In this document: positions 1 through 10,051 of the stretch, one piece after another
How positions within the stretch are numbered: position 1 is the stretch's first letter
Layout: every line of letters begins with the position of its first letter
Assembly (NCBI GenBank): GCA_963754875.1
Contig: CAVWHO010000022.1
Coordinates: 32,001-96,000 of the forward strand
Direction: 5' to 3'
Source: Nitrospirota bacterium
GTDB lineage: Bacteria; Nitrospirota; UBA9217
DNA length: 64,000 nucleotides
Translations under genes and position numbers: made by a program
Notes under the pieces: model-generated
Databases searched by the model: none
What the model saw: only the letters and a program-made list of their open reading frames with translations
What the model was told of the DNA's origin: nothing

Positions 1-1315
1 CTTTGCCGCGGGAGCCGGGGATCGTCGTGGTCGAGCCGAGCTCGGCGGTGATGTTCTTCCCCCACTTGCCGCTCATGACCATGTCCTCGCCGTACTGAAA
101 CCGTTCGTCGTAGTTGGTGACGAGTCCGTCCACGAGTTTGCCCTGCGTAATGAACCGGAGCGAAAGCGCCTTGTCGATGGCCTCGCGGGGGGTCGTGCTC
201 TCCGCAAGCTCGACGGACCGGAAGGCGTGGTACATGCAGTCGGCCTTCTCGTCGGCCACGATCCGTTTTGTTCGAACGTAGAGCCCGAGCGGGTCTGGAT
301 CGTAGGGCGTGCCGATAAAGCGTCCGGCCCAGTAGGCGATCCGTTTTCCGACCGGCAGCTTTGCAACGCGCGCTTGTGCGATCAGGATCTCGTCGGCGGT
401 CAGGTCAGCGAGTTTCTTGCTCTCATCCGGACCGGCGCCGATGAGCCGGAGCCCGTATTGAAGTGAGTTGGCAAACCTGCGGTCATGGATGCCGGCCTGT
501 CGGACGGTGCCCTTTTTCCCGACCTGGAGGAACCGTCCGTTTCCCAGATACAGACCCTGGTTCCCTCCGTAGAAGATGAGGAGGTCTCCTGCTTCGAGCT
601 CCTTCCTCGACACCTTCTCTGCATTCGCTTTCAGTTCTCCTCGGTCCCTGCTGATCAGGATCCCATGGATGCGGTAGGTGATGTAAATGAGACCACTGGT
701 ATCGATGCCCTGGGCGGTCATGCCGCCTGCAAGATAGCGCTCTCCCTGGAACCGCTTGGCCGTAGTTGCAATCTCTTCCGGTTTTGTATCGTTCACGAGA
801 GGATCGGAGGATTTCACCGGCATGGCTTCGGCAGCATTGATGATCGCCACGGACCAGTCGGGAAACTGGACCTTGTAGCCCTCCGCGTTCTGTTGAAGAA
901 CCGGAAGGTGCGTGCCGCCATAGAGCGGCACCGTATGATTGCCCGTTTTGTCCAGAATGAGCGCCTCGGTCTTGGGTGTCGCCACGACGATCCACTGTCG
1001 CTTCGCATTCAGGTAGGCGCGTCCCTTGTCCTTCAGGACCTGTACCGCTTCCTGCTGGACCCAGCCCTCTTCATTGTCCTGGCTCGGGATGGCAACATGG
1101 TAGCGGTTGTCCTGTTTTTCCAGGATGCGGACCTCGTCTCCCATGAGCACCTGGGTAGCCAGCTTCGACTTCGGCAGCGGCTCTTTGTGCACATTGGCAA
1201 GCGGTGCAGTGACGATCCCTAATGTATTGGGTGCAGGCTCCTGCGCAGTAACGACGGTTGGTACGAGAACAGCAAGGCACCAAAGAAGGAGTACTATGGG
1301 GAATTTTTTTTTCAT
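1..1315 (-). CDS. Secreted SH3 + NlpC/P60-like + second amidase-like (DUF1460-like) domain protein, running off the left edge
   Basis: Translated by hand (not in ORF track): MKKKFPIVLLLWCLAVLVPTVVTAQEP signal peptide; SH3-like ANVHKEP..TQVLMGDEVRILE..GWV; NlpC-like GIDTSGLIY..GDLLIF..GLYLGNGRF; second domain FIGTPY..ADCMY. Confidence 0.8.
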   Translation of the reverse strand, partial: MKKKFPIVLLLWCLAVLVPTVVTAQEPAPNTLGIVTAPLANVHKEPLPKSKLATQVLMGDEVRILEKQDNRYHVAIPSQDNEEGWVQQEAVQVLKDKGRAYLNAKRQWIVVATPKTEALILDKTGNHTVPLYGGTHLPVLQQNAEGYKVQFPDWSVAIINAAEAMPVKSSDPLVNDTKPEEIATTAKRFQGERYLAGGMTAQGIDTSGLIYITYRIHGILISRDRGELKANAEKVSRKELEAGDLLIFYGGNQGLYLGNGRFLQVGKKGTVRQAGIHDRRFANSLQYGLRLIGAGPDESKKLADLTADEILIAQARVAKLPVGKRIAYWAGRFIGTPYDPDPLGLYVRTKRIVADEKADCMYHAFRSVELAESTTPREAIDKALSLRFITQGKLVDGLVTNYDERFQYGEDMVMSGKWGKNITAELGSTTTIPGSRGK

Positions 1316-1375
1316 TCGGATCAGTTCAGGACTGCACGATGGAGAACTGCATGCTCGTTCACTGCGGTACAATAA

Positions 1376-1388
1376 ATGGTGCCGAAGG
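1376..1388 (+). repeat. att direct repeat ATGGTGCCGAAGG (copy of the tRNA-Leu 3' end), left island boundary
   Basis: Identical to 62255-62267; similarity continues with mismatches (..aaggac vs ..ggggac). Confidence 0.85.
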
Positions 1389-1645
1389 AAGGACACCCCA
1401 CTTGAGGTACACACACTCTTCCCCCTCACTGCGGGTGCAATATATCATAGTGGACTTTAAACTGTCAACGGCTAAAAGGGACAGCTGAATCGACGCATCC
1501 GAAGAACACTCAGCCTGTATTAGTAAGGGGCCTGGCGATTATTACCTTGAGATAATATGATAGCCCTGTCCACGATAATATAAATGCACCGTAAAAACTG
1601 AAAAATCGAGCCACTCAAAAATATATAATACATAATAACAAGTAC

Positions 1646-1766
1646 TTGACATGTTATAATACTTAATTTATACTTTAAAACGTATTTAAAAATAATAACA
1701 GCTCTCCAATTAATACCATACGTAAACTACCAAACCATAGTCTTTTTAGACATAGTTTGGTAGTTT
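1646..1766 (+). promoter_or_regulatory. sigma70-like promoter plus 12-bp inverted repeat upstream of the Zn-ribbon/recombinase operon
   Basis: TTGACA(1646)-17-TATACT(1669); AAACTACCAAAC 1724-1735 / GTTTGGTAGTTT 1755-1766. Confidence 0.55.
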
Positions 1767-1788
1767 TAGGTATTAAAAGCCATTATCT

Positions 1789-3174
1789 ATGAACAATAAC
1801 GATTCCCTCAAGGTTGGTAAGTACGTCATCAGGCTAATAGATAGGCGTAAAGTTAGCATCCTCATCCCACCGGAATGCATAATCCCTCTGCCGGATAACT
1901 TTGGTCCGGCTACCCTCAGTCAACTCGAAGAACTACTTTTTTATCCCCCCGTTCTCCAGCATCTCGGCGGCAAGCGCTATAAGCTGTTGGCCCGCCATTG
2001 GCTTTCGACCTTTATTGTTGATAACCTCATAGACGTCTTCCCCGCCATTATTTTGCCCAAAAAGGGGAAAGAGAAAGAACAGGTGTCGGTCTTCGAGGAT
2101 ATCGGGATTCGGGAGTTAGGCTGGCTCGGGTTAAGTGAGCCGGCGAAGACCCTGGAATCAGTACCGATGGAGGCAAATAAGAAGCTAACGGCGGAGTCAT
2201 CCGGAGAGGTTTCGACAGGGGCAGCCCTTCAGGCTGAACCTCTGTCAATTCCACAAGGACCTGCGGAAACCGTGACGACACCTCATAGTTCGTCTGAACC
2301 GCGGGAAATAGTGATGCCCCCGAATGACATGTTGAAGCCGACAGAAATAGCTTCAATCTCCGCAGTCACTTCAGTGCTGGACGTATCTGTGACATCCCCT
2401 CAAGATGCACCGGAGACAGAGGGCTTGTGGGATACAACGAGCTCAAGAATACGATCTCGTCAAACAGGACGTTTATGTCCTTTTTGCGGAGGACCGCTTG
2501 TTTACCGTACAGGGGAAATCCCGCTGGATTCCGACTTCTACCGCGTAATTGCTTGTGACTACCGGACGAGTCCAAAAATAAAGTGTAAATTCTCACTCGA
2601 CATAACCGAATGGGAAGATCATAAATTTAGGGCATTTGAGTTTACGACAGCCGATTACGTGAAACCTGCGCCGGGCAAAATCTGCAAATGCAAAGAAGCC
2701 ATGTATCACAGGACCATTCACACCAGCGATACAGATATAAGAGAAGAGTACTATTGCAGAACCAGATTGGTTGAACGGGCAGGTAGATACTCATCGGACG
2801 ATTTCAAGATATTAGAGGCGATACGGCGGAAGTTGACCATCAAACAACTGTGCGATGCCATCGTCAAGGCGAACCTTGACATTGGTTTCCCCAAAAAGAA
2901 GAATGGTCTCCCCTGGCTCAACGATCTACTCGCGAATCCCAGTCTTCCAAAAGCGATGGACAAGCGCAATCTCAAGTCTTTCATTCGCAACGCAGACGGC
3001 TTAAGGGAATTTGTCTCATCACTGCTTAATCAAGGGCCAAAGAAATATTCCAAATTCGAATTAGAGAATATCATGCTGTTTAACCGTATCAGGATCGAGA
3101 GAGCATTCTCAGGATCGCCTCGGCTCTTTCAAGATGGCTTCGATTACTGCAAATATAGAGAACCTTTAAAATGA
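1789..3174 (+). CDS. Hypothetical protein with C4 Zn-ribbon motifs and a possibly ParB-like N-terminus
   Basis: 461-aa ORF; CPFCGG..C..KCKF and CKC..YYC motifs; low-complexity linker; stop overlaps next start. Confidence 0.65.
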   Translation: MNNNDSLKVGKYVIRLIDRRKVSILIPPECIIPLPDNFGPATLSQLEELLFYPPVLQHLGGKRYKLLARHWLSTFIVDNLIDVFPAIILPKKGKEKEQVSVFEDIGIRELGWLGLSEPAKTLESVPMEANKKLTAESSGEVSTGAALQAEPLSIPQGPAETVTTPHSSSEPREIVMPPNDMLKPTEIASISAVTSVLDVSVTSPQDAPETEGLWDTTSSRIRSRQTGRLCPFCGGPLVYRTGEIPLDSDFYRVIACDYRTSPKIKCKFSLDITEWEDHKFRAFEFTTADYVKPAPGKICKCKEAMYHRTIHTSDTDIREEYYCRTRLVERAGRYSSDDFKILEAIRRKLTIKQLCDAIVKANLDIGFPKKKNGLPWLNDLLANPSLPKAMDKRNLKSFIRNADGLREFVSSLLNQGPKKYSKFELENIMLFNRIRIERAFSGSPRLFQDGFDYCKYREPLK

Positions 3175-5756
3175 CAATTTCAGAAATCATTACAGAGCTT
3201 GAATCTTTCACATCTCCCCCTCCTGAGAAGATCAACTACAAAAAGGGTCCCGACGCTCGTATCGTGATCAATGAGGTTCTCGAGATTCCGGAAAGGACTG
3301 CTAAATTCGGCAATCTTAACGATGAGGCAATAGTATCGATCATCGATTACATTCTCAATATGTTCATGATTCCCCTAAACCTTCGGGGTGCACACCTGAC
3401 AGAGCCTTGTACGGAATATATGCTCAGGCGAGCGTTCGAAAAGGTCAAAGATAAGCATTCTAAATCATCGTCCAAAAACCGCGAAATCAACGAAGTTGAG
3501 ACGATATTCAAGGCAGTGGTTAAACAATGGTTTCAGTGCCTTCGACAATCGAAAATAATAAAAATTAAAACCCCGCCGAGGATCAAGGCAGCCCTTCCCC
3601 TATCCTTTCACTTAACCGCTTACGAGGAATCAACAAGAGAGTACAACTGGAAAAAAACCGGGTCAACGCGTAAGCTTGAGCCTCGTTTATACGAGGCTTT
3701 TGCATATAATTTTCACCTCAGGATTATGAACAAAGTGCCTCAACAGGGTAGAGACGCAACGAAACTGCTCTATGAACGCCTGCCGCGTTATGCGTTTTTG
3801 TATGCGTCAATGGAAATGCGAGAGAACGCACACAGGATCGATGAACACCCGAAGGAACTGGTCAAAGATTGGCTTACCAATTTTCACAAATCGGGAGAGG
3901 GAGAGGAGGCAAAGATCGCTTCTACCGCCTCGATAGGATACGCCAAGCTGTGGCCATTATTTTGGAATATGACCACCATCAAAGCCCGAAGTTACTATGT
4001 GCGCCGCGCTTCAGTTCATGATGGACTGCCGGAGACGGTAGAGAGCCCGGATGGCTCTGCCGATGAGCGAAAAAGTAAAGGCGTGGAGATATCTCATGTA
4101 CTCCAGGGTCTCGTGGACGATGAAGCTGACGACATCAGCCCCTATGAGCCTCCACTTGAGGCATCTCCCGATTATTATGGCACTGCAGACAAGATAGGTG
4201 ACATTGCAACAGGGAAGAGTAAGGCGCTGCCGGAGGGAGCCGCCGACTTTATCCATTCCCGGAATGTCTCCGCCTTTTGGGACTTTGACGTTCTGAGCCT
4301 GTACCATTACGCTTTCTTATATGAAGCCATAGAAAAAGCCAAATCAAGCGAGAAGGAAGAGGCAAGGGCGCTCGTTCTATACTTTCTCATCCTTATTCAT
4401 ACCGGGATCGATCCGCGTGATTTGCAGGACCTTATGGTCTTGGGGAAATATTCGACAGATTGGAGCCTCGACCTTACCCAAATTGGCAACCAGTACTATA
4501 TCCTGATCCCCAGCATGGTAAAACTTAAAAGTTTGCCTGCTCATGCGGATACTTACTCGACCGCTAAAAAAGTGCATGTCCCGGTTCCTCCCGCGATTGC
4601 GGAACTGATTCCACAGCGTCCCGCCGACAAATTATATATCTTTAGCTTCAAAGATAATCAAAATAGACTTACGCGTCTCAGCAATGATCAAATCCTCCCC
4701 CTTTTACAGCAGATCAACGATGACTATGGACTCGCCGTAAAGGATTGCCAGCACGGGCTCAATATTACGCTCGAGTGTATTGCCACCTCCTTTTACTCCT
4801 TGTATTGCGATCTTTTTGGATTTGATCCCTACATGGCCTGCCATATAAGCAAGCGTGACCACAAAACAAGGTACGGCGCAAAGCTTCACTACGTACACAT
4901 CCCCCATGCGATGCTCGAAAAACAATATTTAAAAACTTTTGACGAAGTAGATTTCCAGATCAGATTACATATGTTCAACAGCATGCAGAGCGGGACCATA
5001 AGATGGAAGGGTGCCACGCTTCCCCAAAAAAGAACCTCTCCCTTCTCTGCCAATGTCCTCGATGGATACGGATCCTGTGTTGTCTCCAAATTACCCTATG
5101 TGAAGGATCACATCGAGAAGCTTAGGGATGGCGTTATCAATGAAAGAGATCGTATCAAGAGACATAACCTTTTTAGCGTATACCTCTATCTGGCGTTCCA
5201 GTTCGCGACTACATTAAGGCCGCACGAGGATCCCCAGCTGTACTGGGTGCAGTATAATCGCAATGCCGGCGTTGTCACGATCTCCGATAAGCAAAGCGGG
5301 AAATATAACGAGCAGCGGACATTAGTCCTCCCGCAACTGATCCGGAACCTGTTGAATGGCATGCAGGATGGTTGGAGTGAAACACATCGATACATAATGA
5401 TAAATCGTTGCCTGTCTTATCAAAACGAGAAAACAGAGCAGATATTCTTTTCTATAAGCGACGACGGCACCTTTGTGGACTTTACGTATGACAATATGCG
5501 CAATGCATTTAAGGCGGTTGGTCTCGAGTTTACTGATGCAATGAATATGCCTCGGCATTATACGAGAAACTATTTATATCATAACAATGTCAGCCACGAG
5601 ATAGCGGACATTTTAATGGGGCATCAGAGCGCCGGCAGGGAAGTTTTTAACCTCGTATCGACGACAAGTCTAGCCCGTGCCGCGTCGGTTTACCTTCCCG
5701 TTCTTGATAAAATGCTTGATGAGCTCGGTTTCACCCAAGTGGAGTATCTGCCCTGA
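3171..5756 (+). CDS. Large protein with degenerate C-terminal tyrosine-recombinase domain
   Basis: 861 aa; TTLRP, ISDK, NMPRHY, LMGH motifs; no obvious catalytic Tyr after GH. Confidence 0.65.
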   Translation: MTISEIITELESFTSPPPEKINYKKGPDARIVINEVLEIPERTAKFGNLNDEAIVSIIDYILNMFMIPLNLRGAHLTEPCTEYMLRRAFEKVKDKHSKSSSKNREINEVETIFKAVVKQWFQCLRQSKIIKIKTPPRIKAALPLSFHLTAYEESTREYNWKKTGSTRKLEPRLYEAFAYNFHLRIMNKVPQQGRDATKLLYERLPRYAFLYASMEMRENAHRIDEHPKELVKDWLTNFHKSGEGEEAKIASTASIGYAKLWPLFWNMTTIKARSYYVRRASVHDGLPETVESPDGSADERKSKGVEISHVLQGLVDDEADDISPYEPPLEASPDYYGTADKIGDIATGKSKALPEGAADFIHSRNVSAFWDFDVLSLYHYAFLYEAIEKAKSSEKEEARALVLYFLILIHTGIDPRDLQDLMVLGKYSTDWSLDLTQIGNQYYILIPSMVKLKSLPAHADTYSTAKKVHVPVPPAIAELIPQRPADKLYIFSFKDNQNRLTRLSNDQILPLLQQINDDYGLAVKDCQHGLNITLECIATSFYSLYCDLFGFDPYMACHISKRDHKTRYGAKLHYVHIPHAMLEKQYLKTFDEVDFQIRLHMFNSMQSGTIRWKGATLPQKRTSPFSANVLDGYGSCVVSKLPYVKDHIEKLRDGVINERDRIKRHNLFSVYLYLAFQFATTLRPHEDPQLYWVQYNRNAGVVTISDKQSGKYNEQRTLVLPQLIRNLLNGMQDGWSETHRYIMINRCLSYQNEKTEQIFFSISDDGTFVDFTYDNMRNAFKAVGLEFTDAMNMPRHYTRNYLYHNNVSHEIADILMGHQSAGREVFNLVSTTSLARAASVYLPVLDKMLDELGFTQVEYLP

Positions 5757-8377
5757 TGAGCCTTGCACCTGAGAAGATAGAAGACATCGAAACGACATCG
5801 CGGTCTATATTATTCGCGGAGTCTACCGCGGACAAAGAAATCACGCTTCATGTCCAAACCATTGTCCTCAGGCAACTGATCGATATGATGACTAGTATTG
5901 GCAGCACGACGTTTTCTGATCAGGACGTTCGGAAAATATCGAGGAATCTTGCGGCGGGTAAAAGTGCCTCCTACCAGACGTATATCAAGTGGAAAACCTT
6001 CAATTTCTTGGCGGATAAACTGAACAAACGAAAAATTATCAAGTGTCCGATTATAGAAATACCCAACAAACAGAGACGCTTCTTGCTTTTTACTCCTGCA
6101 GACAACACACTTCGAAATCTTACGTATATCCAGGGGCTGCATGATTATCTTTTGAGATTCAACGAGTACAAGGCGGATCCAGTCTCTTATTGCAAGTTGC
6201 AAAAAGACACACCTCCGAATATGGCACTTGCCCAATACCTATGGGAGGATTTTAGTAGGACCGCTCCGGCCGACAAACAACTCAAGCAATTTGAAAACGC
6301 TCAAAAAAGAACTAGATGGCGGCAAAACCTCAAAGACAGGGAACTGGAGTATCTCTTCTCATTCATAGCGGCAGCCGCGATATTCGGGAAAGTTCTTTTT
6401 GACGAATATTACAAGTGGCTTTTGCAGCTAAATCCTGACGATATTCATCTGACTCCCTGCTACATAAATAGGACCTATCAAAACACCAATGCTATCCGAC
6501 GATATTTTCTGCCCGCTCCGGCCGCAGCATACCTTATGCGTTGCATGGGCTTTTACAAAAGAAACCGGAACAAGATGCAGAATATCGAGGGCAATGAGGG
6601 GCACTATTGGGTCGCCAACCCTGATGAAATCCTCGATAACTTCGGTAAAAAATTCAAAAAGTGGACCGCATCCAAACTTAAAGACCTGAACTGCGAAGGA
6701 CTCACGCCGACCGATTTCAGGCTTGCGGTCATCGCGTCCTCTCAGTTGGATCTGATGGATGGTCATGCAAGCCACAACAGCTATCCGCCCTTCATTCTTT
6801 CCATCCAGTCGGATCAGATTGACTCGCATGCCTACGGCAATCTTCATTTTCCCTACTTTATGGGAGTGACCCCGGATAGGATCGACTATAAAGACCGGTC
6901 AGCTTTTGACAGGAGGGCCTATGAGTTTCGAAAATCGGAACTTGCAACGGTGATCGCGGAAATCACTCCATTGAGAAGATCATTAATGGAGCTCGGCATG
7001 CACTACACGGATAGAAGAAAGCAGATCCTTACCAATATATATGCTGTTCTTGAGAGGCATAGACAAAAGCTGGATGCCGGAGATACCAGGAACCTTGAAC
7101 TTTTCATTTCATGGTTTAGCAACATGGTTCTCTACGATGATGATGAATTCAGCTCCATGAATACCTATGCAGGGCAAGTTCCGAGTTTGCTTTACAGAAT
7201 GATAGGAATAGGTGCATTGGATGAATTGTCGGCACCTGATCTTATTCAGGTCATTCGACAAACCATGTTCGAATATGACTCCCCGGGGATTAAAAACGCA
7301 TTGTCAAACTTCTGCAATTACCATGGGAGTATAGTTGGTGCGCCGTTCTCCGAGATTGACTGGACCTCCAAGACTCTTAGCAAAGAAAAGGTAAAATCCA
7401 TGAAATCGTTCGTGCGATTTGATCAATTAGACCAGGCAGTTGATCTGGCCGAGGATTTCTATTGCGCATACGCCCACAGATTGAGGAAAAAGAAGGGGAC
7501 GAAAGATAAAATTGAAGCCGCAAAGCACAAGGCCCGGGTCATCGAGCTTGCAATTCAGTTGGCGTATTACACCGGCATGAGGGTCAGCGAAATCATGAGA
7601 ATACGGTTACGTCACATAAAGAATGGCAAATTCCTGACGATCTATAAGACCAAGACTGATAATGGAAAAAGAAATATCCCATTTTACATCCTGCTCCCCT
7701 CTTCGGTATCCAGTGATTTTGTCTCTTATTATCAGCAGAGAAAAAATGAAGTAGAGACCCTGGATGAGCTCTTATTTGTTCAAAAAAACGGGAAGAAGTG
7801 GAATTCAAGCCAGATTTCTCGGGACGTGGCACGATTATTTTCTGTCGTTGGTGTGCGGAACTTTCATTTCCACCACCTCAGGCACTCGGCTGCGAATATT
7901 TACCTGTTCCGGTTCCTGGAAGCATATTATCCCGATCTAATACCTAGAAATGCTCCAATCTTGAGCCACGAGCTCTTTGGCGAGCATAAGCTAAAAATGC
8001 TAAAATTTATGATAAACGGCGTGGGCGATCAGAGAACCGGAGAGGATGTCGTAGATTTTGCCCTTCATACTCTTGCCCGCCTAATGGGTCACGGGGGGCC
8101 TCAGGTGACCATTCAGGAATATGTTCACTGCTCTGATATTATTTTTTATCTGATGTCTCTTCGACATAATAATGAGAAGGTTCCTTATTCAATTCGGCAA
8201 GCGATGGATTTTTTGCAATGCACGTATAAGCAGCTCCCCCCAGACATTGATCACTATGTGGATGATGGAAAGATAACGCTGGCGCATGTTTTGAATTATC
8301 AACACGACTCTTTAAAGAGAACTCATGGTAACTGCCGCCAATCTTTGTCTTCCCTGATTTCGTCACGCCAAGTATAG
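5756..8377 (+). CDS. Large site-specific tyrosine recombinase/integrase
   Basis: 873 aa; YTGMRVSE, KTK, HHLRHS, LMGH..QEYVH = complete R-K-HxxR-H-Y set. Confidence 0.85.
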   Translation: MSLAPEKIEDIETTSRSILFAESTADKEITLHVQTIVLRQLIDMMTSIGSTTFSDQDVRKISRNLAAGKSASYQTYIKWKTFNFLADKLNKRKIIKCPIIEIPNKQRRFLLFTPADNTLRNLTYIQGLHDYLLRFNEYKADPVSYCKLQKDTPPNMALAQYLWEDFSRTAPADKQLKQFENAQKRTRWRQNLKDRELEYLFSFIAAAAIFGKVLFDEYYKWLLQLNPDDIHLTPCYINRTYQNTNAIRRYFLPAPAAAYLMRCMGFYKRNRNKMQNIEGNEGHYWVANPDEILDNFGKKFKKWTASKLKDLNCEGLTPTDFRLAVIASSQLDLMDGHASHNSYPPFILSIQSDQIDSHAYGNLHFPYFMGVTPDRIDYKDRSAFDRRAYEFRKSELATVIAEITPLRRSLMELGMHYTDRRKQILTNIYAVLERHRQKLDAGDTRNLELFISWFSNMVLYDDDEFSSMNTYAGQVPSLLYRMIGIGALDELSAPDLIQVIRQTMFEYDSPGIKNALSNFCNYHGSIVGAPFSEIDWTSKTLSKEKVKSMKSFVRFDQLDQAVDLAEDFYCAYAHRLRKKKGTKDKIEAAKHKARVIELAIQLAYYTGMRVSEIMRIRLRHIKNGKFLTIYKTKTDNGKRNIPFYILLPSSVSSDFVSYYQQRKNEVETLDELLFVQKNGKKWNSSQISRDVARLFSVVGVRNFHFHHLRHSAANIYLFRFLEAYYPDLIPRNAPILSHELFGEHKLKMLKFMINGVGDQRTGEDVVDFALHTLARLMGHGGPQVTIQEYVHCSDIIFYLMSLRHNNEKVPYSIRQAMDFLQCTYKQLPPDIDHYVDDGKITLAHVLNYQHDSLKRTHGNCRQSLSSLISSRQV

Positions 8378-8449
8378 TGCGGGCTAAATAACAAGGCACG
8401 GGAAAACCAGAGCTTCTGTTTTACAACGATGTCAGGTAATTATAAGTAA

Positions 8450-8566
8450 CGCCTATTCCGACACGTTCGGACACTAATTCCGAGCCTTGTCGGACACGCA
8501 GTAAGATAAAGTTCGAACACTGAATGCGCTGAATCTCGGACACTCAGCATGAACACCCTCGGACAT
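8450..8566 (+). repeat. Five TCGGACAC-like motifs at exact 23-bp spacing (IS21-end-like or recombinase arm sites)
   Basis: Motif starts at 8467, 8490, 8513 (TCGAACAC), 8536 and 8559 (TCGGACAT). Confidence 0.75.
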
Positions 8567-8797
8567 TAAGTCCAAGACATCAATAGTTCCAAAGGAAAGA
8601 GTTACTTCTCGCCGTCGTCGTTATTACCAGTAACACCTACTACTATTGGGGTTTCGAAAAATGAGAACTCTATCGAATACCGGTAGAAACATAGTATGTC
8701 AGCAGAATGACAGAACTCACGATAGCCGCCTTGTCGAGCGTAGTCAGCGGACGGCAACAACACCTCAGCTTTCCATCGTCGTCGGCGTTGTGGCGAG

Positions 8798-8976
8798 ATG
8801 ATCTGTGTGGATCAACCCATTAAGCGACCCCAACCCATAAGGGAAAAACGCTTTATCTATGCGGTCTTCCATGCACAACATACTATTACGACGCATCTCG
8901 TTTTTTGACACTTTTTTCACCGATCATAGGTGTACTTGATGGCCTATTAAATCAGTGATTAAAACGCAAGTCAAGC
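8798..8976. repeat. Rhs-cassette junction repeat A (core + arm), no intact tip attached
   Basis: ATGATCTGTGTGGATCA at 8798-8814, CATAAGGGAAAA 25 nt after the 13-bp core, TTACG, TGACACTTTT, ATCATAGGTGTA, CAAGTCAAGC. Confidence 0.85.
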
Positions 8977-9074
8977 AGTCTGATGATATTTGCACTTGAC
9001 TCAGAGCTGAAATTAGCTATAATACCTTAAAAGGTACTAATAATATCTTATCAGGTATTCATAATTGGAAGGAG

Positions 9075-9578
9075 GTGTTTTCAATGTCATTCGGGAAAAA
9101 CGTGGCGCGGTTCAGAAAAGAGAAAGGCTTGACCCAGGAGGATCTGGTTAAAAAGAGCGGAGTGGCGATCTCGCAGATCAGAAGGTACGAGGCAGACAAG
9201 TCCTCGCCTACCCTCGACGTGATCACTAAGTTGGCCAAGGCCCTGGGCGTTTCCATCGACGAGCTGGTGTTCGACAAGACTTCCGGGATCGCTGCAGGCA
9301 AGCTCATGGACCGGGAGCTTCTGGAGCAGTTTGAGATGGTGTCCGCGTTGAATGAGGATGAACGTCTGGCGGTTAAAAAAATACTAGAGGGGATTATCGT
9401 GAAACATCAGGTTGAGAAGATGATGAGGCCCGCAGTGGAGAAGTCCTGGTCGCAGCGGTTCCGGGAGATCACGGACAAGCTCGCGAAGGGCGCGAAGGGG
9501 TATTCACAGAAGGAGATCGACAAGGTGATCGATGAGGCGGTGGCTGCGGTCAGGACAAAAGAGCATGCCCACACCTAA
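9075..9578 (+). CDS. XRE-family HTH repressor with C-terminal antitoxin-like extension
   Basis: RKEKGLTQEDL..ISQIRRYE..PTLDVITKLAKALGVSIDELV; promoter TTGACT-16-TATAAT at 8996-9023; likely start ATG 9084. Confidence 0.85.
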   Translation: MFSMSFGKNVARFRKEKGLTQEDLVKKSGVAISQIRRYEADKSSPTLDVITKLAKALGVSIDELVFDKTSGIAAGKLMDRELLEQFEMVSALNEDERLAVKKILEGIIVKHQVEKMMRPAVEKSWSQRFREITDKLAKGAKGYSQKEIDKVIDEAVAAVRTKEHAHT

Positions 9579-10002
9579 GCTGAAGGCGGTTATCGATACG
9601 AGCGTGATGGTGAGCGTGGCCTTTGCCAGGGAAGGACTGACCAGAGAGATGCGGGACATGATCGCGGACGGGGCCTTTACGCTCGTTACGTCGAAGGCGA
9701 TCATGGCCGAGCTCTACCGCGTGCTACACTACCCTCACATTCAAAAACGGTTCAAGCCGTCGGAAGACGACATCAACGAGTTTATCGGCATGGTCATCGA
9801 GCGCTCGCTGATCACCAAGGGCCGCTACAGCCTCAAGAAGATCGCGGATGATCCGTCGGACGATATGTTCCTCGCCTGCGCGCTCGAAGCGAAGGCGGAC
9901 TTCATCGTCTCCCGCGATCCGCATATCAGGAACTTGAAGCAGTTCCACGGCGTGAAGATCATCGATGTGAAGGCATTCATGGAAAAGGCGAGGATGAAGT
10001 AG
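9565..10002 (+). CDS. PIN-domain putative toxin
   Basis: AVIDTSV..EL..DPSDDMFLACALEAKADFIVSRD PIN motifs; overlaps the upstream HTH gene. Confidence 0.85.
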   Translation: MPTPKLKAVIDTSVMVSVAFAREGLTREMRDMIADGAFTLVTSKAIMAELYRVLHYPHIQKRFKPSEDDINEFIGMVIERSLITKGRYSLKKIADDPSDDMFLACALEAKADFIVSRDPHIRNLKQFHGVKIIDVKAFMEKARMK

Positions 10003-10051
10003 AGCCTTCCGAAGCGGGCCGGTCAGTTCAATTCAATTTTATTTTACCCGT

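Noticed and set aside
73..1488. Several short ORFs in the track, including 485-1222 (+)
   Set aside because: Shadows of the minus-strand hydrolase gene; 1258-1488 matters only as the attP-form integrase tail
8450..8566. CRISPR reading of the TCGGACAC array
   Set aside because: Repeat of 8 bp and period of 23 bp are far too short
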